DNA of 64,000 nt. Source: Epiperipatus broadwayi (Eukaryota; Animalia; Onychophora). Below the pieces are notes generated by a model. The model saw only the letters and a program-made list of their open reading frames with translations, was not told where the DNA came from and did no database searches. The stretch covers positions 6,324,001-6,388,000 of the forward strand of contig JAQFVV010000001.1 in NCBI GenBank assembly GCA_028023455.1, given 5' to 3'. Shown piece after piece: positions 1 through 12,780 of the stretch (its first letter is position 1; each line of letters begins with the position of its first letter). The position numbers and the translations under genes are program-made.

Positions 1-76
1 AATTGTATTTGTTTATATATTTAAAGCTTTCGGGCTAACATGCTTAAGACTGGCTTATATATATAAAAGTTAAGTT

Positions 77-104
77 TAGAAAAGGTTGGTATCAACCTTT
101 TCTA
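77..104. repeat. Perfect 12-bp inverted repeat with a 4-nt loop
   Basis: TAGAAAAGGTTG gtat CAACCTTTTCTA. Confidence 0.85.
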
Positions 105-2684
105 TCAAAATCTCTGTCTCATGTCTAAGCTTGATTATTTATTAGATATCTGTTTAAAATCTGATTGGCTTTCTCTGTTATAATTGCGCATGTGAGAAAG
201 GCTAGCATACTTTCAATTTATTATCAATTTTCAACATGCGATTTAGATAAATATTGTTTACAAATATAAACTAAGAAAATAAGACATTTTTGGTGCTCAC
301 TAAAAATAAAAAAAATTGATAGTACAATTATATTGGCAATTGCTCTCTATGAATAAGCACCTTTTGTAGATTTGATTTAGATACTTTGAAATTTATCTTG
401 GTTGTAGACTTTTTAATTAATAAATCAATACAGCTTCTGCTGCCAAAACAAATGCAAAATCAGCAAACTAATGCTACAGGTAGCTGCAGGAGAGCAAAAA
501 AAATTTGAAGATCCATTATCACCCTCTCCAAAGGTCTCCAGATGAACAATATTGTAATTATTGATAGCTGTGAAGAAAAACACCAATCTACTCAATTCCT
601 TTAATGTGATTCATATCCTTCCATCTTTGAAGCATGTTCAATTAGCTCAATAAAATATAAAATCATTTAGCCCTAAGATAGAGCATTTAGATAATATAGA
701 TTAATATTAAAACAAAATTTATTGAGATAAAATCAATCATTAACATATGATTACTAGAGTTATAAATTAAACACTTTTAAAATTAATTATTGCATTTAAT
801 TCGATTTAGAAAATAAATCTTCCTCACTAGCGATATTTCAACGATGTTAAATATAAGGATACTCTCATTCCAGCCACAAGATAAAGACTTTGAAAAAGTA
901 AAAACGACCGTCTTATTTTCAAATCTAAATCATTCTAGTAAAGAATTTGAAAGCAAAATTAATTAGTCCTCAGGAAATTTTTAGTTTTGTTTTTCTTAAT
1001 TATTTTTTAAGGAAAAAAAACAAATTGTTTTATAATCTTTTAAAATTATTTTTTTAAAAATTTAAATAAATTTTAACATATTTTTTTCTTAAAATGGATG
1101 ATTACTTTAGTCTGCATAGTGGACAGTAGACTAGCAGTCTGTGTTTACATATATGGAAAAAATTGAAAATAATTATATAAACTTTTATCTTAAAACAGCT
1201 TAGTCAATATATTGCAAACTATAAATCGGAAGATAAAAACTTTTATAATTCTTTAAAGGTTTTAAATGATTGATGAACGTTTCCTATAATAAAGTATGGA
1301 ATGAAGGATAAGTGAAGAAATATAATAAGTTAATCGATGAATATTGGTAATATATATTGAAATATGATATTATAAATGTATTGAATCATATATGACTGAT
1401 TTATAAAATATAATCCATGATTAAAATTTAAATGTTGATGTAAGTAAATATGTTCTTATAGAGATTACTATAACTTTCAAATGAAAGATTTAAAAGGAAA
1501 ACATTTAAAATAATAATTCATAAAAAGAATTTGTAAACAATAGTCTTAAAGAATGTGCACAGATTAAAAATTCAACCTTAAGAAATTCCAAGATTATTAA
1601 CCTTTAGTTTTATATAGCACTATAAAATATTAAAACATTTATATGTATACAAGTTTTTGTTATGGAAAGTTTTATGTTTATTTTCATTGTGATTGGAGGA
1701 GAAGAAATAGCGAGGAAATTAAAGTACAGTTTGTTTCAGTGAAACTCCCAAAGTTCTTTTGTTGTCAGACAAGAAATAAGAGAACTATTGATATATTTAT
1801 TTTTAAAAACAATGAATTTGTTTGGCTTATATTAATGATTATATCCGTTATAATGGTGTGATAAAAGGTGGGAAGATATCATTTGGATTTATGAAAAAAA
1901 TTTGGGGTACAATACGTAATTAAAGTAAAATTAGTTTTGTTATTTATACATTTTATTTTCCCTACATAACTATGTTATACATATTAAGAGCAATCTATGT
2001 TTATTATTTTATTCTGAAATTAAAGAAATATTTGCTCATAGGTAAAAAAAATAGTATAAATTATAATACTTAATAATATATTTAAAAGTGTTATTTCTAA
2101 TGAGAAGTATAATATGATCTCAGAATTTAATATAATAAAATATTTTGCAATATAACATTTATTATGTTATTGATATTTGTTTTGTATTATTGGCTGTTTT
2201 CATAGAAGGGATGTTCATATTCTTTATATTAGAAGTGATATTGTATAGCAATAGATTTCTTATGGAAAAGTGTATTAGTTATATTGGTGTCAGAGAAGGT
2301 TTTGTTTAATCTTGATATGATAAATAGTGTGTAATTACTTAAGTCTAGTAAGAGGCCAATGGATTAGTAAGTTATTCATTGAACATATTCCCATAAGTGC
2401 TATAAAGTAATAAGCCGGAATGAAAAAAAGGTTAGTTCATGTCATGTTGGTGAAGGCCTTTGGGCTACATCTATCAATTTAATTACTTTATTAAACCTAA
2501 TTGGTTAATACACACTTAAATATTTTATTGAACTATGCACTAGGGAGGATACATCATTTGTATTGTATTCTTCTTATAAAAGATTAGGATCTTGTGCCTT
2601 CAAAATGGGAAGAGAATTATGTAAGTTTATAATATTCATGTACAAAACAAATGGCCAATGTTGTAAATGATTGTATATTTTAAA

Positions 2685-4347
2685 GGTACTAGTACTTATA
2701 ATACACTCCACGTCTTATGGCGCTGGTTTTCGCCCAATACACATCAATATACATATTCACTGGCCGACGATATGGTAAATAGGTAAATTTTAGACATTTA
2801 CATACCCTATTTTTTAATTTTTTAAAAATTTCTATACATTCTTTTTTTATATATACGGTATTTTTTTAATAAATAAACACTTTGTTTTTTATTTTTATAT
2901 GGTTTGCTTTTTAATTATCATCTTTTTACTTTCTTTTAACATTTATGCTACAGAAAAGTTCTTTATTTTTAGATAGTGGAAAGGGGGTTGGTTTGTTTTT
3001 AAATAAACAAACACTTTGTTTTTAGATGGTGGAAGGAGGTTGGTTTGCTTTTTAATTATCGTCTTTTGCTTTTTTTGGGGGATATACTTTTTTTTAAACA
3101 TTTATCCTATCAAAAAGTTTTATTTTATTTTTAGATGGTGGAAAGGGGGTTGGTTTGCTTTTTAATTATCGATTTCTTTGATTATTTTTTTTTTTTACAA
3201 TTTATGCTACCGATAAGTTTTAATTTTTTAAAAATTCCAATAACTTTTTTTTTTATATAGAAGTATTTTTTAACACTTTTTGAAAATAGTATAGGTTTTT
3301 TTTTTTTACTAAAGACTTAAACATTCCATTTTTAATAAACAAACACTTTGTTTTTAGATGGTGGAGTGGGGTTAGTTTGCTTTTTAATTATCATCTTTTT
3401 ACTTTTTTTTTGGATATACTTTTTTTTAACATTTATGCTACCGAAAAGTTCTTCAAAGGGTGTTGGTTTGGTTTCGAATAAACAAACACTTTGTTTTTAG
3501 ATGGTGGACGGTTGGTTTGCCTTTTAATGATCGACTTTTTACTTTTTTATATATACTTTTTTTTTTAAGATTTATGCTACCGAAAACTTCTTTATTTTTA
3601 GATGGGGGTAAAGGGAGTTGGTTTGCTTTTTAATTATCGACTTCTTTGATATATATATTTGCTACCGACAAGTTGTTGCTTAATTGTTATGCTTTTTAAG
3701 AAATCCTTAAACATTTCGTTTTTAATAAACCTGCAGTTTATTTTTCAATGGAGAGCGGGTTTAGTTTTCTTTTCAATTATGTAAATAACAACAACAATTT
3801 TCCATGAAATAATTTGGACATTTATTGAATAAAAATAAAATAAACTTTTTACAAGCTATAAAGATTTTGGCATAGAAACAACAAAAACTGTGGCTGGCAA
3901 TTCACTGATATTCAATGAATTTTTTACACTTGCTGTCGCTATTTTATTATTTTCGCCCCGCGAAAACGTACATTTTCGCATGAACTCGGCCGAACCGGTG
4001 CTTTTCAACCTAACCTTTCACAATTGTGTTCAATTACAAATCGTAGGAAAGCATGGGTGATGGGCTGACAATTCTTAGTATGTACTATTACTTCGATTAA
4101 GCTTCCTCACAATTATTTAGTAATTAATATTTTAAGAGTTTCCTGTACTTAAAATATGGCTACCATCCATCAAATCGTACCGTAGCGATAGGTCAATTGC
4201 GCTCACTTGAGCAATACTTTCACACCCAATGTGCGTCGTAGAAAACATCGTCATCAAGGGGTCTGCTAGCTATAAACGGCATATTGATGTGGTTGGGTAA
4301 AAACCAGCGCCATCTAAGCGGTGGAGTGTATTATATGTACTAGTACC
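2685..4347 (-). mobile_element. Merlin-type non-autonomous DNA transposon, copy 1
   Basis: Imperfect ~66-bp terminal inverted repeats (GGTACTAGTAC...; 2685-2750 and 4281-4347). 8-bp flanks ATTTTAAA/GTTTTAAA. Internal ~150-bp tandem repeats at 2870-3760. Orientation is inferred from layout shared with copies 2 and 3. Confidence 0.82.
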
Positions 4348-4739
4348 GTTTTAAATAATACCATGGAAATGAAATCAAATATAAAAAAATCATTTGAACA
4401 TAAAGTGTTTTGATAATATTGGTAAATATTTGAAATAAAACTATTTTTTTTAAGTTTATAATTTGTAATGTTTAAATTTATAATTGATATATTTCATTCA
4501 AATAATAAATAGAATTTGAGTAAATTATTAATGCGTATTATATATAAGACTATATTTGAGAAAGATGAATGTACAATAAAAATAAAAACAATCAAGCTAA
4601 TTGTAATTCTATAACTTTTTTATTTAATTTTATGAATAATTAATTAACATAATATAATTTAAAATATTAAGATTGTAATATGATTGAATTATTATTATGA
4701 TAATATTATAGGTAGACAACTTCCATATTTCTCCATTCT

Positions 4740-5010
4740 TTTTTTATTTCATAAATAATTTCATATAAATAAAGATACAATAAAAGACAAATAACCTCCA
4801 AGATGCATTTCGTGCTGAACCAGCACTCATCAGTTGAGCCATGTCATCATCTCTCATATATATCTTTATTACATGAAGATTATTTATGTAAAGCAAATTG
4901 TCTCATTTTTATTTTCAAGCGTCAATTTACTCTTCTCCCAACTTTTGCGTTATCAATTTTTTGATAAACACGTAATGATTATTACTAATCATTTATTAAA
5001 CTAGAGATTT
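4740..5010 (-). mobile_element. Probable decayed 3' end of a Penelope-like element
   Basis: The hammerhead is preceded on the same strand by a stop-ridden frame KISSLIND***...QKIDNAKV...RLKIK*..LYINN...MRDDD, resembling the GIY-YIG C-terminus of Penelope-like ORFs. AATAAA follows downstream. Confidence 0.4.
4796..4838 (-). ncRNA. Minimal type I hammerhead ribozyme
   Basis: Minus strand CTCAA-CTGATGA-GTGCTG gtt CAGCAC-GAAA-TGCA-TC/TTGGAG. Intact core, 6-bp stem II, palindromic stem III (ATGCAT), short stem I. Predicted cleavage between 4802 and 4801. Confidence 0.8.
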
Positions 5011-5751
5011 TCTCTAGCTCAGATATAAACTTTAATCCAAGTTAAAGATTAATATATCTGATTTTCAACACACAGACATAGCTATTTACGTTTCTCTTTC
5101 TCCCATGCGTAATATCTTTTTTATAGATATACAACTTCCATTATAGGCAGTGGAATCTTAATAAAATCCCTCTTATTATTCACTATCTGGGTTAGAATTA
5201 TTCCAATTATAAATAAATACTAAACCCTGAGAATTTATAAAAGCATTTTACATTAAAATGTAAATTTGATTTTAAAACGATATTATTTAGGAGTATTATT
5301 GATTTTGAGTAAGTTAAACATTATTCCGAAATAATAGAAGATAAATTATTGTTAGTAAAATTAGTCATTGATTTATTGTGAGGATTTTGAAATAATTAAT
5401 AATATATCATAATATAATATTTTGCAATATTCAATGCCATTGGAGACGTACTTTGTATGAATCCAATGTTAAAGGTCTTTCTTTTTATAACTAACCCTAG
5501 GTCTCAATATTATTTAAATACCATATGATTGTAATTATATTATCAAGTTAGATAAGATTTTATATCATTAAGACAATATTATTGTTAATATCTTATTGGT
5601 TATTAATTAATTACTTGAAGCTGATCTACATTTTTTGTTGACTATTATTGACGGTCCTTGAATAAATAACTTTTCGGAAGGTTACAATATATATATATAT
5701 AAACTATGGAAGTATACAATTTTTCTTTTCAAAGTAAAATAAAGAAATTAC

Positions 5752-5957
5752 CTTCTCAAAACAATCGCTAATGCTCTTGTGACAAATCTTCAGTTGTTTA
5801 AACTGATAAACCAATATATTTAGTTCCAATCTCTATTCTCAAATAAATCAAATTGACAAACAAATGCTTAGAATAAATGTAAGCTAAAATCAACTGCAGT
5901 GCCAAAAGATCACACTGCAAAAATTAGCTGATAGGATTAGGCTGAGGCTGTTAAAAT
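5752..5957 (-). other. Candidate non-coding (3'UTR) exon of CNNM
   Basis: Acceptor aaaatattttcag|ATT and donor GAGAAG|GTAATT. It is a 206-nt block richer in GC than its flanks, with stops in the frames checked. Confidence 0.45.
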
Positions 5958-8900
5958 CTGAAAATATTTTAAAGATTTTTTAAATTAAAGTAAATTCATC
6001 CTAAGATAAATGTTATTCTAAATATATTCTTTTGAGAAATTTTCAAGAAAATTGAAGATGCAAAAAATGTGTTCCATATTATCAAATTTACAAATCGATT
6101 TATATAAATAATATAAATAAAAATGTAATTTTTATATGTAATAGATATTCTTTTGCCAATAATTAATATGGCATTTGCTCTCAAAGTAATTAAAATTTTT
6201 ATTAAAGTTTAAAAGTAAACCAAGATCACTCATTCAGGAAAATTTATAAGATAATTCAGATTGAAAAAATATTTTTTTTAGTAGAAATTTTAAAATTTTA
6301 AATAAATAAAAAAACTTTAATAGCTAATAAAATAAAATTAAAATATATTTTCAAAATAAATATATCATAGCATTACTATTTGTAACAGTAACAATGTGAG
6401 GGGAGATATAGATATATATGATACTAGAACTTCTAGATTGCACATATGGATTTTGTTGTATATATAGGACCGATAAACTATTCCAAATGATACGTTTCAA
6501 AATCTTTCTTAGTTTAAAAAGAATAGTATTAATTAGTGAAATTTTAACTTGGGATTTAATGTAAGTATAGGGAATTGTGTGAATTGTGAATAGAGGAAAG
6601 TTGCTATTGCATTATAGATTGCTGAGTAATATATGTATGTAAGTTAGCTGCAAAATTTTGTTTATATTTCAGGAGAAAAATGTCTTTTTATGTTTGAAAT
6701 TTTATAATTATATAATAGTTTCAAAAAGGCAGTGACCAATCAAGATTGAATTATTAAAGGATTATTTAAGACAGAGTGTAAAAAAAGTAATAATGTTCGA
6801 TTTTATATGAGTTTTGTAATTCCAAGTGGTCCAGATAACAAATCTCTGTCATATGCGATGATTTTTTTTAATAAAGTTATTAGATATTTTGCCATGTGTA
6901 TAATTAATACAGTCCTGCAGCATGAGCCTATTTTGGAGTGAATAATTTAATAATGATTGTTTATATTTGATAAAGAATAAAAGTATATATGTTTTATTAA
7001 TCCAGATATCTTGTATAAGACATAGCCTTAAATCAATATTATTTTTAAATAGAACTAAATTTATTTTAATTTTTACATAAATAACTTTGCAGATACTTTA
7101 GTGGTATCTCAAACAATATAATAAAATGGAATATTATTTACATTTAGCACGATATTCATATTTTGATTAATCTAGTTATTTTATTGTAAGTTTTGCAAAA
7201 AAAAATATATACCTTTATGCATCATTTTAGATATGATTCTATATTTATCTTTTTATTCTATTACTAGTTTGTTTGTGCACCAACCAATAATATATGTAGT
7301 GTAATGTGTAAACATAGATGTATTTGTGTATCAGATATAACAATCTATGCATGATGCGATGTAGATGACATACATTCTGCCAGAATGATTAGTTTCTTTT
7401 TAAATTGAAATTAAATATATTTAATTTAAAAGGAAGAAGTATAAAAAATTAAAGTATAATATATTTTTGACTTCTTAATATCAAATTAGTATTAAATAAG
7501 TAATTTGAAAGGGTAATTTGAAGTGTCAAATAAGACCTGTAATATTTCTAAAAATAATTAGTTAGCTTTTAGAAATGCAATATTATGCAATGCAATTGCT
7601 ATCCCCAAAGTATTTGGATGGAACTCGATTAAAAGTGTAATTAAAAATTAGAATACCTTGAAAAGTACATAATAAATATATGGTTGTTTTATTATATGTT
7701 AAAGTTTAGTGAGTTATTTATATTTTATTTCTTTTTTTATAAATAGAAATCATAGATAGAAGTACTAGAAAGAATCTCTTGATCCAAATATTTGAAGGTG
7801 TTTAGTATATGAGAAGAAAAAAGTAGCAATGTATGATTAATATGAAATACTAGGTGGTAAGATAGCCACATTTAATATTTTTCAGTAACAAAAAATTTCG
7901 GATCAAATGTTTGAAACTGAAATTTAGTCAGTAGATTATTTAGTGCAATATGAAAATAAATATGACCGTTTGAGTTAAAACTTGTTTTTAATTCTTTTAT
8001 TTTTTTACTTAATTTAAAATATGATACTCTTACTAACTGAAACACTCAGGAGAAGAATATGTTTAGCTTTTAATAAATATTCTATATTAGCTTTTAGTAA
8101 ATATTCTATGTTATTAAAAAATGTAAAACTTAATACATGAAAAATATTTGGGCATTTATTTTAACAGAGTCTTACTGGCTTTATGAGTGATTTTTTTCAG
8201 TTTCTTTGAAAAACTGCTGGGTTTTGTTGCAAACGTTTAGGGACAATTCATTCAGATTTGTATTTACATAAGAAAGTTAATTAATTTTCTACTTTAATCA
8301 GTTTTAGAAATTCTTTTTTATAATATCTACAGTTAGATATAGTAAAGTCTATACTAAGTATTAATAATTATTTAATGATTTATGATGGTAGCATTTTACT
8401 TTGCAGTTATATGATGAATTATTTCCACCATCTAGTTAAACTGTTAAAGGCTTTTTTGAAAAATTCAAACATTACTTCACTTTTCCAAATGCTTTAAATT
8501 GTTAATAATAATAGTACAGTTTGCCATATAATACAACATTTTGAATTAAACTGAGAACCTTTAGATTTGTGAATATTGATATTACTAGGATCGTTAATTA
8601 AGTAGACTATTCTGTTTAAGGTGGATTGTCAGTAAACATTTAGTATGCTCAGTCATAAGTATCTACTGATTAGTTCATTGTTTCTTTATTACAATAAGAT
8701 TAATAGGTTTGTGGTTTCAGTACGATGAGTTGACTAGTAGAATTATCTATTATTGTTATATGAGCCGCAGAATGAATCCTATAGCTGATATCACATAGGG
8801 ATTAGCTTTCATAACAAGATACGATATTTTTAAATATATATTTTTATTAAAATCAATAGCAGAAAAATACTTAAATTAAAAAAAAGGATTTGTGAATATA

Positions 8901-9701
8901 TTTAAATAGAAGCAGTATCTTCTCGTCTTTGACCTCTTAATGAGCATTTCATTCAATTTTTATTTTTTTTCTGAATAATCTTTCAGTATAATAAAGCTAT
9001 TATATATCAACGTCAATGGAGTTACAGAAATTTATAATTATAAGCGCTAGGAACGCTAAGTAAGAAAATCTTAAGAATAAAAAAATTGTATTGTCTTATG
9101 CTGAACAGTATTCGATACTCTAATCTTGACAGTATTCGATACTCTAATCTTGACATCATACTCACAACAATAGCTACTAGATGAGAAGGTTGTGATTGGC
9201 AAGATTAAGATATCGAAAGCTGCTTCACATAAGTTAATAAAAATTTTCATTCTTAAGCTTTTTTTACTTAGTGTTTCTAGTGCTCATAATTTAATTACAA
9301 TTGTATAAGAAAAGTTAACCAGTATACAAAAGTGTTTATAGAAAATTATTCTTTCATTTTAGTTATGTAATAAAGTCTTCCGCAGATAGTCTGAATATGC
9401 TAGATTGAGACTTGTACAACTTAGAGAGGCAAAACTTATCTTGGACTGCAAAGACATTTAATTTATTAAAAAAAGATCCTCACTCAAGTTATTTATTAGA
9501 GCAATGAAAAAAATATTTTAATCTATACTTTAAATTAATAAATTGAAAATGAAAATATTATTATTAAAATTTGTATATTTAAAAGGATACAATCGTTTAT
9601 TAGCAATCTGTTTATTGGTAATTATATAAATTCATAATAAATGTTATATTTAAATATTATAACTTCAATATGAGAAACAAATTATAATGTATTCTAATTA
9701 C

Positions 9702-9827
9702 CTTTTGCAGATTAGTCTATAAAGAAAGGCTTTCTGGATTAGTTGGTGTGTACGTTGGAGTTTCTAATCGATCTTATATTGTCGATATAGATATTGGGCT
9801 GTTGCTACTATTTGGAGTGTCTTTCAG
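9702..9827 (-). other. Post-stop part of the last CNNM coding exon, ending at a putative 5' splice site
   Basis: 126 nt after the stop codon, followed by a consensus-like donor CAAAAG|GTAATT at 9702/9701. Confidence 0.5.
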
Positions 9828-10138
9828 TTATTTATTACTAGTGTCAGATCTAATTGATGTATTATCTGCTTCATCTACTATTATTTTATTTAAACTCCCA
9901 GTCTGTGCTCTGGCCCATTCTTTAGTAAATACATCTTCAATTGGTTCTTCAACACGTTGCTGATTTTCCATAAAAGTTGCTCTTCTAGCTGCAACATAAT
10001 GAGACCAGCGAATACATAAATATAGTGTATCCATAATAATTCTAACAGAATAATCAGGAACAAAGGGTGATGGTTTAATAATGAGATCAGAATTATTGAG
10101 ACTTGTTGCACTCATTTTAGAGAAAACGGTGTTTACAT
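9828..10138 (-). CDS. CNNM: CNNM last coding exon: end of the CNBH domain plus C-terminal tail, stop TAA at 9830-9828
   Basis: Acceptor ttttattttgtttcag|AT, in phase with the 45064 donor. Translates (D)VNTVFSKMSATSLNNSDLIIKPSPFVPDYSVRIIMDTLYLCIRWSHYVAARRATFMENQQ...SDTSNK*. PDYSVR is the conserved CNNM motif. Confidence 0.93.
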
Positions 10139-10701
10139 CTGAAACAAAATAAAATTTTTGTATATGCAGTACTATATTACACTTCTGAAAGATAAATGGA
10201 GTGATTACATTCTAAGCACTGACTACATACAATTACAACACTCTATAGTTGCTATAAATTTTATCAAATTTTAATGACAGAAACAACTATTTTTATCTTC
10301 AAAGCCAAGTTATTATATAAATGAATGATTAGAATAATAATAAACACAGGGTCTAAATGGATATTTTCTGTTGCCAAAAGTTGTCTAAATTTATGGTGAG
10401 TAAAGGGTACTACAGAACTGCCAATATTAAATATTTATTATTACTATATTATTATATCATTCCACATTGAATGGTTGGTAATTTGTTTATGAAGTTTTAT
10501 AATAATTGGAAATGGTTCTGTTCCAAAAATATTAATTTCAGACCAATAAAGACTGCCATAAAAATATCTGTTGAAATTAAAAATTTCTCTTAAAGGGTTG
10601 TATGTTACTATTCTAATCAATCATCCATATATTAACTTAAATCTGCAAATAGAAAAAAATCATTTTCTGTCAGAAAAAATGGTGATTAGAAGATATATAT
10701 A

Positions 10702-10895
10702 TTATTTTCCATTATATACCGATATTTCGATGAACTAGCATCTTCCATTGTCAAGGTTACTTTTGAAAGAAAAATTGTTAGCTCTCAAACAGTAATGTGA
10801 CTGAGTGTGAGATCTAATGATTTTTCTTTCAAAAGTTAATCTTTGACAATGGCGAATGTTAGTTTGTCGAAATATAGGTATGTAATGAAAAATAA
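10702..10895. repeat. Degenerate MITE-like hairpin with ~85-bp arms
   Basis: Arms ttattttccattatataccgatatttcga...ccattgtcaa...ttttgaaagaaaaa match the reverse complement of 10810-10895 with scattered mismatches. Confidence 0.75.
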
Positions 10896-11552
10896 CACAT
10901 CGGTTTAGCCCAAAACATAATAATTTATCAACATCATACAACCGTGAAAACATTAAATATAATATAATATATATATATATACACTAATTGAACAGGAAGT
11001 AACTGAAGCTCTAATGATATATGTAATAAACACTTCAAAAGACAGATAATACCAATTATTAATGTCATCTGCATTTTTAGCATTTGTTCTTATATATGTT
11101 TAGTTTACTCATATAATTTTAAATAAGGGAACAAATTCATCTATTAATTGTATAGAATAAATTATAAAAATCATCATTTAAATATTCAGAGAATCAAAGT
11201 AGAGCTTTAGTTTAAACTTCTAAATATAAAATGAAAACTCAGTTTTAATATCTGTAATTAATAAATAACTCAGATTATAAGTAATTGAACATAAAGTAAC
11301 TCAAGCTTCTGATGAGCTTTATATTTATATACTAGTATATATTTACATATATATACTGCTATTGTGTATTTAAAATATTAGAAGGTAACAAAGCTGTAGA
11401 AAATATATAAACTTAGTAATAAAAAAAAGGTTATTTAAAAAAAGGAAACAATTAAAGCTACTAATAATACCTCTTTAATGATGAGATAAATTAATTATCT
11501 ATTAATAAATTATTATAAATATTTATGGACAGCTTAATTTTAGGTTTTAATA

Positions 11553-11669
<117 letters not shown>

Positions 11670-11769
11670 TCTTAACAGAACAATCATGATTATGATGCAC
11701 AGGTAAAAAGTAGTCGAGTGAAAGTATACTTTTGATATACTTTAATTTATGTAATGCTCTATACATTTT

Positions 11770-12780
11770 ACAAGCACAGTGTTTAAATTGTTACTATATA
11801 GAAGATAATTAAATATCCACACTAGCACAGTTAAACAAGATCTTAAAACTTTAAGAATTAGATCTTAAAACTTCAAGAATTCTCCCACCCCAGCCACAAC
11901 AAAAAGACTTGAAGGAAATAAGAGTGGCCATCTTATTTCTGAACTTAACTGGTAATTTATAAGCCAATCCTAAGTGTCTAGAAGTAAGGGTATGAATAAA
12001 TCATTCACTTTAAATTCATTTCTTATTTTAATATTCTTATTAGCACTTATGAAATATTAACATTTACTTTGTGCCAATATTAGACAATATTAAATTATGT
12101 AATACTCTATAAATTTTATGAGTATAGCGTTTAAATTGTAACTATATAGAAGGTAATCAAACCTCCATACCAGCACCATTAAACAAGATCTTAAAGCTGC
12201 AAGGATACTCTCACCGTGGCACAAAGTAAATGTTAATATTTCAGAAGTACTAATAGAAATACTAAGTTAAGAAATGGATATAAAGTGAATATTTTATATA
12301 TTGATGATCTCACTTCTAGAGACTTAAGATTGGCTCATAAATTACCATTTAAGTTTGAAAATAAGACTCCTACTCTTATTTCCTTAAAGACTTTATCTTA
12401 TAGCTGGGGCAAGAGTATTTTGCAATTTTAAGATCCTGTTTAATGGGATTGGTATAGAGGTTAGATTATCTTTTATATAGTTACAATTTAAACACTGCAC
12501 TTATAAAATTTATAGAATATTACATAATTTAATATTGTCTAATATTGGCACAGAGTAAATGGTAATATTTCAGAAGTGCTAATAAGAATATTAAAATAAG
12601 AAATGGATTTAAAATAAATGATTTATTTATTCACACTCTCACTTCTAGACACTTAATATTGGCTCATAAATTACCATTGCAATTCAGAAATAAGATGACT
12701 GCTCTTATTTCTTTAAAGACTTAATTATGTGACTGGGAAGAGAGTATCCTTGCAGTTTTAAGATCTTGTTTAATGACATT
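11770..12780. repeat. ~340-bp unit repeat with a head-to-head switch
   Basis: Forward unit ~11770-12110 plus a partial unit to ~12215, then reverse units ~12216-12545 and ~12546-12780. A diverged fragment of the same unit lies at ~865-930. Confidence 0.8.

Noticed and set aside
4770-4860. MRDDDMAQLMSAGSARNASW as a first coding exon
   Set aside because: The GC-rich core is fully explained by the hammerhead fold, and the donor is weak.
9702-9830. TAA/TAG-to-Gln genetic code reassignment explaining the in-frame stops
   Set aside because: All Gln codons in the conserved exons are CAA/CAG with no internal TAR, which is unexpected for a reassigned code in an AT-rich genome. Three stops in 42 codons also fit non-coding sequence.
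9748-9963. Plus-strand 71-aa ORF and the apparent plus-strand acceptor ccttttgcag
   Set aside because: It is the antisense shadow of the CNNM exon and its donor, with no recognisable product.
10715-10760. Hammerhead-like GAAGATG-ctagtt-CATC-GAAA in the 10.7-kb hairpin
   Set aside because: The CTGA core and stem I cannot be formed in either arm.
11900-11960. 340-bp repeat as a tandem retrozyme
   Set aside because: The hairpin is present, but no copy has CTGANGA and the helix III/cleavage triplet is absent.
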